Assembly: GCA_903944345.1 (NCBI GenBank)
Contig: CAJARJ010000018.1
Span: 120,581-184,580, forward strand
Source: Candidatus Omnitrophota bacterium
GTDB taxonomy: Bacteria > Omnitrophota > Gorgyraeia > Zapsychrales > Fredricksoniimonadaceae
DNA length: 64,000 nt
Direction: 5' to 3'
Shown here: piece by piece, positions 1-8,368 of the stretch
Position numbering within the stretch: position 1 is the first letter of the stretch
Layout: every line of letters starts with the position of its first letter
Program-made: the position numbers and the translations under genes
The notes under the pieces: model-generated
Seen by the model: only the letters and a program-made list of their open reading frames with translations
Databases searched by the model: none
What the model was told of the DNA's origin: nothing

Positions 1-1754
1 CCGCGATAACAATCAGAAAACTGTGCGCTTCTCTTCTGAAGGCTGTTAACCGGCAGGCGATCCCAAGGCAGGTTGGCCGGAGCCCCTATAACGTGAAAAG
101 AACCATTTGCAAGCAAGCTCATAACATTGAAAAAGTCGTGATTCAACGGCGTCCGGTAAGCTTTAGCTGTATAGTCTTGCCCTTTTAGAATGTCGCCCCT
201 CAAACAGGCCAGCTCCGCCAAAGATACACTCGATGGAGTCGGATGATCAAAAAAATCTGCCCGCACGGGGAAGAAATCATCATTAAATGACTCCATCCAC
301 ACATCTTCTTTCCTGAAAGCCTTTGTTTTCAAATAGAACTCCGCCATTTCCTCACCCCAAAGGCCAGTTTCTTCGTGAAGATAGGTTAAGAAAAGAAGCA
401 TAGCCGCATAATCCTGGAGGAACTCATCTTTCTGAAGCTGTCCAGCACAGGAACTATGCGCTAATCGTCCATTCTGATAGTGCCGTGCCAAAAGATTTCC
501 AGCCAGATCGCTGGCCTTGGTCAACTCTTCCTGGTAGCCAAGATACCGATGGGCATGAACAAAGCCGATACCCACAAGACAATTCCAGAAAGTAACAAAC
601 TTTTGATCCACAAAAGGCTGTGCCCGTTTCCTGCGTTCTTTCAAAAGAATAGCCTCAATCTCGTCCAATGAAGAATGATCTTTTCTGATCAGATGATTCT
701 TGCCTTCAAAATTTCCTGTAATCGAAATGTCATAAATCCGGCTAAATTGCGCATACTCTTGCTGTGTCAAAACCTGCGCCAGACTCTGCTGTCCCCAGAG
801 ATACGTTGCCCCTTCCTGATGATCCGTATCAGCATCATGTCCCGAATAATAAAGACCCTGACTCTCAAAAGTTTCATCCAGGCAATTCAACAGCTTCCTT
901 ACCACCCGGGAGTAAGTGTCTTTCCTGAAAACAGCGAATGCCAGACTGTAAACCCACACCAGCATAGCCTGGTCGTACAACATTTTCTCGAAATGAGGAA
1001 TTGTCCATTTCCGATCGACGCAATATCGAAAAAAGCCCCCCTGCAGATGATCGTGCAAGCCGCGCAAATACATATTGTCCAGGGTCTTCTCAAGGTCGAG
1101 CTTAACCTTTTCATCTCCGGAAGAAGCAAGGGAATAAAGCAGAAACACAAGCGTCGTATGCGGAGGGAATTTTGTACCCCGGCCAAAACCACCGAACTCG
1201 GGGTCAAAAGAGCCCCTTAGAATATTGACCAGATCCGCCTCTGTTTCGTAACTATCCTCTGCCCAGGTTAACGGCGGATCAAAAGATTTAACCTGTTGCC
1301 CGGAACGGGCATAATAATCTTTTACCTTCATTAAAATTTCGATAAAAGACACCCTGCCGTATTGCGGCTCAACAGGGGCATAGGTCATGGCATACATAGG
1401 ATGAAGATCAGGCGTGAGAAAAGCGTTTAGCGGCCACCCCCCGCCAACACCGGTGGCCGTTATGTAGGCCATCAAGTAATGATCAATATCGGGGCGCTGT
1501 TCCCGGTCAATCTTGATGGAAACAAAATGATCATTCAGGTACTGCGCGGCGCGCGCATCCTGAAAAGATTCCCGGGCCATCACATGACACCAATGACAGG
1601 TCGCATACCCGACAGAGACAAAAATTGGCTTTGAACTTTCCCAGGCATAATCCAGAGTTTCTTGAGTCCACTCCTGCCACCAGACCGGATTGTCCTTGTG
1701 TTGTTGAAGATAAGGCGATGAAGCCGTGTCGAGGTTATTCCTGGAGAAGTTCAT
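1..1754 (-). CDS. Thioredoxin-domain protein, DUF255/YyaL family (partial, 3' end outside window)
   Basis: Absent from the ORF track because it runs off the edge. Manual translation from ATG 1754: MNFSRNNLDTASSPYLQQHKDNPVWWQEW...GYATCHWCHVM...KIDREQRPDID...GGWPLNAFL, the characteristic YyaL N-terminus. Confidence 0.9.
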   Translation of the reverse strand, partial: MNFSRNNLDTASSPYLQQHKDNPVWWQEWTQETLDYAWESSKPIFVSVGYATCHWCHVMARESFQDARAAQYLNDHFVSIKIDREQRPDIDHYLMAYITATGVGGGWPLNAFLTPDLHPMYAMTYAPVEPQYGRVSFIEILMKVKDYYARSGQQVKSFDPPLTWAEDSYETEADLVNILRGSFDPEFGGFGRGTKFPPHTTLVFLLYSLASSGDEKVKLDLEKTLDNMYLRGLHDHLQGGFFRYCVDRKWTIPHFEKMLYDQAMLVWVYSLAFAVFRKDTYSRVVRKLLNCLDETFESQGLYYSGHDADTDHQEGATYLWGQQSLAQVLTQQEYAQFSRIYDISITGNFEGKNHLIRKDHSSLDEIEAILLKERRKRAQPFVDQKFVTFWNCLVGIGFVHAHRYLGYQEELTKASDLAGNLLARHYQNGRLAHSSCAGQLQKDEFLQDYAAMLLFLTYLHEETGLWGEEMAEFYLKTKAFRKEDVWMESFNDDFFPVRADFFDHPTPSSVSLAELACLRGDILKGQDYTAKAYRTPLNHDFFNVMSLLANGSFHVIGAPANLPWDRLPVNSLQKRSAQFSDCYR

Positions 1755-1800
1755 ACCCACCTGAATTCTGAAAAAAGATATCCCCCTCTAGCCGTACCCC

Positions 1801-2655
1801 CTAGTCATAGTCTATTCCTAATCGATCAATAGTCAATACGGCCAGCATCCGGCAAGACGCGTTTCCGTAAAACGTTCCGGTAACCGGCATTGTCTGTAAC
1901 GGATCAGCCGCGGCGCTCAAAGCAAGGTAATGATGATCACACGCCACCCCCTGGGCCGGATCGAACCCCCGCCATCCGGCTCCGGGCAAGAAAACCTCCA
2001 CCCAGGAATGAAGGTCCGCAGGGCCAGCCGCATCATCATTCAAGTAGTAACCGCTGACATACCGGCTGGCAATCCCCATCCGGCGGCAAAGAGCCATCGC
2101 CAAAACTGCGAAGTCCCGGCAACAGCCCTTGCGTTCCTTTAAAGTGAAAGCTGGTGCCCAGGCGGCACCCTCATTGCGCTGTTCATAAGAAAAGCCGTTG
2201 CAAACAGCCCGGCACAAGTTCGTCAGAAAAGAAAGCGTGTCCTGATTGCTGTCGGCAGCAAGACTAGCCGCAAAATCCGCGAGGGTGGATATTTCTTCCC
2301 GGTCCATATACGGCACAAGCGCAGCGGCCTGTTCCGACGGATAGACCATTGGCAATCGGGCACACGATACCGGATAGAAAATGAAGTGCAACGGATTAAA
2401 AGGTTCCACTCGCACCACCAACTCGCTGCGTATTTCCAAAAGATCGCAAGCCTTCCGAAACCAGGCCAGCATAACACGATCCCCGCCCGCATCCAGAACA
2501 CTGCTTGTCCCCGCCGGCTCCGGAGTAACTTTGAAGTCGTGCGAGTCAACACAACAGGTGCCCAGTCGCGGAAAAAGACGCAAATAATGCGGATCAAGCA
2601 CCACTTTGTCTGTATAGCGATAACTGGTCTGATGAACAATGCGAAAAGAAGTCAT
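1801..2655 (-). CDS. Transglutaminase family protein
   Basis: MTSFRIVHQTSYRY N-terminus; GCCRDFA, RYVSGY, HSWVEVFLPGAGWRGFDP give the Cys-His-Asp triad. Start moved to ATG 2655, next to the upstream stop. Confidence 0.93.
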   Translation of the reverse strand: MTSFRIVHQTSYRYTDKVVLDPHYLRLFPRLGTCCVDSHDFKVTPEPAGTSSVLDAGGDRVMLAWFRKACDLLEIRSELVVRVEPFNPLHFIFYPVSCARLPMVYPSEQAAALVPYMDREEISTLADFAASLAADSNQDTLSFLTNLCRAVCNGFSYEQRNEGAAWAPAFTLKERKGCCRDFAVLAMALCRRMGIASRYVSGYYLNDDAAGPADLHSWVEVFLPGAGWRGFDPAQGVACDHHYLALSAAADPLQTMPVTGTFYGNASCRMLAVLTIDRLGIDYD

Positions 2656-2656
2656 C

Positions 2657-3400
2657 TTACTGCTGCTGCCCCTGTTCATAATTTTCAAGCAACTCATTGG
2701 CCCAGTCCTCGGGAAACTCCTCAATACCCTGAGAAATTTTTGCCTGCCACCAGTTCGAATAGCGCATCATCTGCTCGTGGGTCAACTGCTGGGTGGCCAT
2801 GTAAAAACTGTTCTTCCGGCAAAGAATCAGGTCAACCGGGTACCCGACGTCATTCGAACTCACCTGCGTCGCATTGAATGAAAGGAATCCCACTTTCATG
2901 GCAAAATTGAGGCTGGACTCATACCGCAGGGCGCGATCCAGGATCGGCTTACCATGGCTCGTATTGCCGATAATAAAATAAGGATTCGCATCGCCCACCT
3001 CCACCCAGTTGCCCTCGGGGAAAACCATAAAGAGTTTATGCTCCGGGTCGTCCTCAAGCTGTCCGGCAATAAGCGCGTGAATATTGAAATCATAATGCGC
3101 CGCTTCAAGCGCCTTGCGGTCTTCATCGCTTACCCGACGGATCTGTGCTCCGAAAGCATTCACCAACTGGTAGAGCTTGCGATACTCGAAACCGGACTCT
3201 TCCACTATCTCGTTAAAGTAAATCATGGCCTTGTCGCGCAGCGCCCGCAGGCCGGAGGTCATGAAAAAAACGGCATACTTGCCTTTTTTCTGCTGAATAA
3301 TAACCTTTTTGGCTGTCAGCGTCTGATTACCCGTAGTAATCCGCGTATCTGCCAGTCCAATCAACCCCTCTTTTACCTTGATCCCGAGACAATATGACAT
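2657..3400 (-). CDS. Proteasome-type Ntn peptidase (Anbu-like)
   Basis: MSYCLGIKVKEGLIGLADTRITTG N-terminus, PEGNW, IGNTSHGKPILDR, SNDVGYPVD; canonical operon context. Confidence 0.9.
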   Translation of the reverse strand: MSYCLGIKVKEGLIGLADTRITTGNQTLTAKKVIIQQKKGKYAVFFMTSGLRALRDKAMIYFNEIVEESGFEYRKLYQLVNAFGAQIRRVSDEDRKALEAAHYDFNIHALIAGQLEDDPEHKLFMVFPEGNWVEVGDANPYFIIGNTSHGKPILDRALRYESSLNFAMKVGFLSFNATQVSSNDVGYPVDLILCRKNSFYMATQQLTHEQMMRYSNWWQAKISQGIEEFPEDWANELLENYEQGQQQ

Positions 3401-3415
3401 AAAGCTCCGCTTCTG

Positions 3416-4357
3416 TTAATGCACCTGATTAAAAAACGTATGGAATATTTCTTCCCCAAGGCAGTTTAGCCTTACCTGAAAATCATCCAGATACTCGTGT
3501 AACCCGTGATGAACCACATCATCTACATCATTAAAACTGAACCGGGCAATGATCTTGCCCAGCTCTTTCTCGGCCGCATTACCGAACGCTCCCACGGGAG
3601 CGCCGGAAATGGCATGTAACGAACGATCCGCCTCCAGCAGCGAGAAATGGATAGCTCGCGGAAACTCCCGGTCAAAAACTAGCAGTTCCAGGATATTGCG
3701 AAAATCCATCCCCCCGTATTTCTTGCGATACACCTCATAAGCGCTCGTCGACTTGAGCAGCGCCGACCACTGCAACAGGTCAATCGCAGTCCCGACATCC
3801 TCGATTCTGGGCAGCAGATAAAAATACTTCATGTCAATGATCCGGGCCGTCTTGTCTGCCCGCTCGAGCAAGCGCCCGAGATTGGCAAAATGATACGACT
3901 CGTTATGCATAAGCGTTGAATCCATAATACCATTAAACAAGTGCGTCCCGTTCTTGATATCACGATACAGGTCAGACAAGTTCCCGTGCCTCTTCATCGT
4001 CATATCCTTCACAGACAAATAAAGTTCGTTTATCTGACGCCACATCTCGCTGGAAATAATCTCGCGCACCGTCCGTGCATTCTCCCTCGCCTGGGTCAGG
4101 CAACTCAGGATGGAATTGGGATTATTTCTGTTGAACGTCAGAAACTCAACAACCGCCTCGCGGGAATACTCGCCGTACTGGGATTCAAACAGAATGTCAT
4201 CCCCGGTAACACGCACCAGCGGTTGCCACTGTTCCGGCAAATCCCTGGGCAAATCGATACTTAACGAAATATTAACATCCATAAACCGGGCATAATTCTC
4301 CGCCCGTTCGATGCAACGATTCATCCAGTAAATAGAATCCGCCACCCGACTAAGCAT
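3416..4357 (-). CDS. Alpha-E domain protein (DUF403)
   Basis: MLSRVADSIYWMNRCIERAEN, ARENAR..REIISSEMW, LGRLLERADKTAR (twin ER motifs), FPRAI. Confidence 0.93.
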   Translation of the reverse strand: MLSRVADSIYWMNRCIERAENYARFMDVNISLSIDLPRDLPEQWQPLVRVTGDDILFESQYGEYSREAVVEFLTFNRNNPNSILSCLTQARENARTVREIISSEMWRQINELYLSVKDMTMKRHGNLSDLYRDIKNGTHLFNGIMDSTLMHNESYHFANLGRLLERADKTARIIDMKYFYLLPRIEDVGTAIDLLQWSALLKSTSAYEVYRKKYGGMDFRNILELLVFDREFPRAIHFSLLEADRSLHAISGAPVGAFGNAAEKELGKIIARFSFNDVDDVVHHGLHEYLDDFQVRLNCLGEEIFHTFFNQVH

Positions 4358-5807
4358 GATCCACGCTCCCTTCCGCATTGCTCAGAACCCACGTATCTTT
4401 GGAACCGCCGCCCTGGGAAGAATTAACAACAAGCGACCCCTTGCACAAAGCAACACGGGTAAGCCCTCCCGAGAGAACCAGCGGTTCTTTTCCGAACAGG
4501 ATAAACGGCCGCAGATCAACATGCCGGCCTTCCAGCCCGTTGCCAATGAGCGTCGGAACCCGGGAAAGCGCCATGATCGGCTGAGCGATATAATTACGGG
4601 GGTCCTTCCTGATCTTGCCGATAAAATCCTCCTGCTGCGCCCGGGTGGAGGCAGATCCGACCAGCATGCCGTACCCGCCCGATTGACCGGATTCCTTGAC
4701 AACCATTTTCTCTATATTGGCAATAACATGCTCCCGTTCTTGCGGACGCCAGCACAAATACGTCGGGACATTGGGCAGGACAGGATCCTCGTGCAAATAA
4801 TACCTGATCATATCGGGCACAAAAGCGCAAATAACCTTGTCATCCGCCACCCCTGTACCGGGCGCATTGGCAAGCACCACCCGCCCTTTACGATACACAT
4901 CAAACAGTCCGGGCACGCCCAGCAGGGAATCGGAACGAAACACCTGAGGATCCAGCGACTCGTCGTCTACCCGACGATAAATTACATCAACCTGTTTAAG
5001 TCCACGGGTTGTCCGCATACAGCAAACCCCGTTATCCACAACAAGATCCCGCCCTTCGACCAGCTCCACCCCCATTTGCTGGGCCAGGAACGAGTGTTCA
5101 AAATAGGCAGAATTGTAAATACCCGGTGTCAGCACCACCACGTTCGGTTCCGGCACATCAGAGAGATATTCCAGCATCTCCAGAAGGCGCAGCGGGTACG
5201 TATTGACCGGACACACGTGGGTTCGCTCAAAGACTCCCGGGAACACGCGCTTCATGATCTCGCGATTCTCCAGAACATATGACACGCCGGAAGGAACACG
5301 GCAGTTATCTTCCAGCACATAATAGTGCCCGTCAGAATGGCGAATAAGATCAATCCCGCTGATATTGACCCAGCGGTTCCTGGGCGGATGGATTCCTTCG
5401 CAAGCCTTGAGATATCCCGACGAAGATTCAATGATCTCCTGCGGGACAACCTTGTCTTTAATCACGAGTTTCTTGCCATAGACATCATCAAGGAACGCAT
5501 CCAGTGCACGGACGCGCTGGATCAACCCCCGCTCGATCCCGCTCCATTCTTCGGCAGAAACGATCCTGGGCAGAAGGTCAAAGGGCATGGTGCGCTCGAC
5601 CCCTTCTCCCTCGGAATAAACGTTAAACGTAATGCCGCGGGCGATATAAGTTCTTTCGGCCGCGTGCTGTTTGGCCCTCAACTCATCCAGACTTATTGCC
5701 TGCAGATCATTAATAAAGGAACGGTAAGCCGGACGGACATCGCCGGAAGGGAAAAAGACCTCGTCGTAGAAACCGTCGGACTGATAGGACTGCAGTAGAT
5801 CTTTCAT
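4350..5807 (-). CDS. Circularly permuted type 2 ATP-grasp protein
   Basis: GITFNVY, PFDLLPR, VLEDNCRVPSGVSY, TPGIYNSAYFEH, HVDLRP, VVNSSQGGGSKDTW; RBS GGAGG before ATG 5807. Confidence 0.94.
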   Translation of the reverse strand: MKDLLQSYQSDGFYDEVFFPSGDVRPAYRSFINDLQAISLDELRAKQHAAERTYIARGITFNVYSEGEGVERTMPFDLLPRIVSAEEWSGIERGLIQRVRALDAFLDDVYGKKLVIKDKVVPQEIIESSSGYLKACEGIHPPRNRWVNISGIDLIRHSDGHYYVLEDNCRVPSGVSYVLENREIMKRVFPGVFERTHVCPVNTYPLRLLEMLEYLSDVPEPNVVVLTPGIYNSAYFEHSFLAQQMGVELVEGRDLVVDNGVCCMRTTRGLKQVDVIYRRVDDESLDPQVFRSDSLLGVPGLFDVYRKGRVVLANAPGTGVADDKVICAFVPDMIRYYLHEDPVLPNVPTYLCWRPQEREHVIANIEKMVVKESGQSGGYGMLVGSASTRAQQEDFIGKIRKDPRNYIAQPIMALSRVPTLIGNGLEGRHVDLRPFILFGKEPLVLSGGLTRVALCKGSLVVNSSQGGGSKDTWVLSNAEGSVDHA

Positions 5808-5827
5808 CCCGGCCTCCCTGATATAAT

Positions 5828-5865
5828 AAAAAAAGCCCGACAAAAGAAAATTCTTTTGCCGGGCT
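5828..5865 (-). terminator. Intrinsic terminator (attenuator) in the leader of the ATP-grasp/Anbu operon
   Basis: Minus strand AGCCCGGCAAAAGAA-TT-TTCTTTTGTCGGGCT followed by a T run, between the promoter and the first ATG. Confidence 0.85.
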
Positions 5866-5898
5866 CCATTACCCCTGAAAACAACATCAATATCGTTT
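5861..5898 (-). promoter_or_regulatory. ANTAR-type dual-hairpin RNA element
   Basis: P1 AAACGAU-[AUUGAU]-GUUGUUU and P2 GGGU-[AAUGGA]-GCCC. Both loops are hexamers with A1 and G4; P2 overlaps the terminator 5' arm. Confidence 0.75.
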
Positions 5899-5906
5899 CA
5901 ATCGTC

Positions 5907-5935
5907 ACTATATCGGCATATGCGTCCGCTGTCAA
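5907..5935 (-). promoter_or_regulatory. Sigma70-type promoter of the Anbu operon
   Basis: TTGACA (5935-5930), 17 nt spacer, TATAGT (5912-5907). Confidence 0.8.
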
Positions 5936-5962
5936 GAAAAGTAAAACCTCTGCCGGCCTTTT

Positions 5963-7003
5963 TCATCTGCTGCCGTTTGCTAAACTCATCCCTTTAAGGT
6001 AGCCGAACCCGACCAGGCGGCAATGCTCTTCATCCCACAGGCGAAACGACAACGAACGAAAACTGTCCCGCAACGTAACTGGCGTGATCTTCTGAAAAAC
6101 AGGATTTTCCAGGTAGCACTTTTCCAGTAAATAATTGGGAATCCGGGGGTTCAGATGGTGAATGTGATGAAACCCTATATTGCCAGTAAACCATTGCAAT
6201 ACCCTGGGGAGTTTATAAAATGAGCTCCCCTTAAGCGCTGCGGTAACGTAGCTCCACCTATCGCTACGCTCCCAATAAGCTCCCTCAAACTGATGCTGCA
6301 CATAAAATATCCATACGCCAACAATCGCTGCTACCGTAATTGAGGGTATCTGGATCAAAAGAAATGCCTTCCACCCCACCAAGAATATCAACCCCGCAGC
6401 AACGAGCACAATGCCCAGATTGGTAAGGTGAATCCCCCTGCGGGCGCCCCGGTCCGTACTGCCTGACGGGATCCGGTGCAACACAAGAAAAAGAAACGGA
6501 GGAATGACTGTAAACAGAAATAGCGGATTCCTTAGAAAACGATAGGCCCAGCGCCTGTAACGGGGTGCCTGCAGATACTCGGATACGGTCATAGTCCACA
6601 CACAGCCGAAACCACGGCCATCAAGATTTCCGGATGACATGTGATGTCGATTGTGTTCCTCCCGCCAGGGAGCATAGGCAGTATGAATAATAACCCCGGT
6701 AATAACCCCCAGCAACTGATTCGCCCACAAGGACTTGAAAAATGCCCCGTGTACACAGTCGTGAAATATGATAAAGACCCGAACCAGAAAACCTCCCGCC
6801 AGAATCGCCAGCGCAAGGGTCAGCCAATACGATACCTGCAGACTAACGAACATGAGATACCAAACAATGGCATACGGGACAATCGTATTGACAATCTGCC
6901 AAAGACTCGCTCCCAGCCGGGGTTTTTCATATTTGGTAACCAGCCCAACCAGGAACCGTGCAAATACAGCGTCATTTTCTTTACCAGAGGTATTGTTACC
7001 CAT
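5963..7003 (-). CDS. Membrane fatty-acid desaturase (Bacillus Des-like)
   Basis: His boxes HDCVH, HNRHH and HHIHH; FYVQHQFE, WFTGNIGFHH, RIPNY, LWDE; hydrophobic segments. Confidence 0.92.
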   Translation of the reverse strand: MGNNTSGKENDAVFARFLVGLVTKYEKPRLGASLWQIVNTIVPYAIVWYLMFVSLQVSYWLTLALAILAGGFLVRVFIIFHDCVHGAFFKSLWANQLLGVITGVIIHTAYAPWREEHNRHHMSSGNLDGRGFGCVWTMTVSEYLQAPRYRRWAYRFLRNPLFLFTVIPPFLFLVLHRIPSGSTDRGARRGIHLTNLGIVLVAAGLIFLVGWKAFLLIQIPSITVAAIVGVWIFYVQHQFEGAYWERSDRWSYVTAALKGSSFYKLPRVLQWFTGNIGFHHIHHLNPRIPNYLLEKCYLENPVFQKITPVTLRDSFRSLSFRLWDEEHCRLVGFGYLKGMSLANGSR

Positions 7004-7294
7004 AACAACCTTTCTCCAAGGCAATAGCAAATGTCCCTTATAGTTGAGTCGTTCGAAAACAGGAACGGATTACATATTGTTTTGATCTTCTCTGTGCTCA
7101 CTTCCCGCTCAAAACAAATGTAAGGTCTGAAGATCGCAGCTTGACCAACAGGACAGGAAAAAACAACCCCCACCATAAGGAGGATGTATAAGCAACTGTG
7201 ACATCTACGATAAAAGCTGTTCAAGCCCGTCCACGGAATTCTGTAACGGAAGTCCACTGGGAAGCAGCCTTTAGGCAACTGCTAACAAAAGCTC

Positions 7295-7331
7295 GAACCC
7301 TTGCCCTACTCGAGGAGCAAGACAAGGGTTC
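7295..7331 (-). terminator. Hairpin, probable terminator after the U32-like gene
   Basis: Minus strand GAACCCTTGTCTTGCT-CCTCG-AGTAGGGCAAGGGTTC (16 bp including G-U pairs) followed by GAGCTTTTGTT. Confidence 0.55.
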
Positions 7332-7372
7332 ATGATTCAAGTTCGGGACACACAATTGTTTTCTGATGTTTT

Positions 7373-8308
7373 TTAGAGAGCAGACTTCGTTTCCTGGCAC
7401 CGTATCAGCTCGACAAGTTCTTTTAATTTCCCGGAACCAATTCCCCGGCCAAGCTTGAAATGCACAATCCCTGCGCGTAACTGCATCCTGACAGTCTTGC
7501 GGATATTGATAGGAAAAAAACAATGCTTAACCGCACCGCAGTTGAAAAGGCGCGCAAGAACAAACTGACCCGCCTCAAACAACACCTTAAAATCTGACAT
7601 CTTTAGCATCGAGATCTTGTTCTGACGACTGATATAGGCGTAGTGATCGTAACAATTGCACCCGTTCGAACAATAGGTATTGGCTATAACAATAATTTTC
7701 TGCTGACTCTCAAGCGCCAGTTCCTTTAACAACGACTCTCGACGAGAATCCTGAGGGGTAAAAATAACCGCGTCATACTGCCTGCAATCAGCACGATACA
7801 TGGTCATGGTCTCCCGGGGAGTCAATATTCTGTCCGGAGCCACATACTTCGTACACGAACCAAAATAAGCCAACCTGTTGCCAAGGTCATGCCGAAGCCG
7901 GTCTTCAAGAACCCTGTTATTGATAATGACTCCGTTACGAACTCCGTACGTCTCGCCAAGCTCTGCCAATTTTCTTATCGGCTTCAACGCCGAGTCTTGC
8001 AGATCATTCGCTTCTACAAAAAGGTTGGTCAGTACAGCGTGAAAGGGAATACCTTTGGCATTGATCATTCTCACCGTACGAAAAAACTTGTCGGAAACCC
8101 GATCAAGCTGGGGCCTGCCCATTCTGAACAGAAACCTGTCCCACAAAAACTGTCCGTCCAGAGTGTAATTAAACCGCCCGCCGTGCAGCGGTGAATCCGG
8201 AATGCCCCCAAAGACACGTATTGCAACATCCGGCAACCGATTAAAGCGATCCAGCTGATTAAGAGAATACGAATATAGCGGCACTTCTATTGAATACTTT
8301 TTGGACAT
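7373..8308 (-). CDS. Hypothetical protein, peptidase U32-like (putative Fe-S) family
   Basis: GGR motif, 'KGIPFHAVLTN', 'NGVIINN', 'SCTK' and 'IIVIANTYCSNGCNCYDHY' resemble the CxxxC...H pattern of divergent U32 proteins; recognised by eye. Confidence 0.6.
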   Translation of the reverse strand: MSKKYSIEVPLYSYSLNQLDRFNRLPDVAIRVFGGIPDSPLHGGRFNYTLDGQFLWDRFLFRMGRPQLDRVSDKFFRTVRMINAKGIPFHAVLTNLFVEANDLQDSALKPIRKLAELGETYGVRNGVIINNRVLEDRLRHDLGNRLAYFGSCTKYVAPDRILTPRETMTMYRADCRQYDAVIFTPQDSRRESLLKELALESQQKIIVIANTYCSNGCNCYDHYAYISRQNKISMLKMSDFKVLFEAGQFVLARLFNCGAVKHCFFPINIRKTVRMQLRAGIVHFKLGRGIGSGKLKELVELIRCQETKSAL

Positions 8309-8368
8309 GATATTATTTAGAAAACCACCAATAAATGTTACCGGAGAAAATCCACCTCCGGTCTGCTG

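Noticed and set aside
480-1220. ORF-track calls at 480-671, 675-1220 and 899-1207
   Set aside because: Shadow frames of the minus-strand DUF255 gene that runs off the window edge.
7190-7270. Cobalamin-riboswitch-like words GCAACTGTGA and CCACTGGGAAG on the plus strand
   Set aside because: The other core elements are missing and there is no plus-strand gene downstream.
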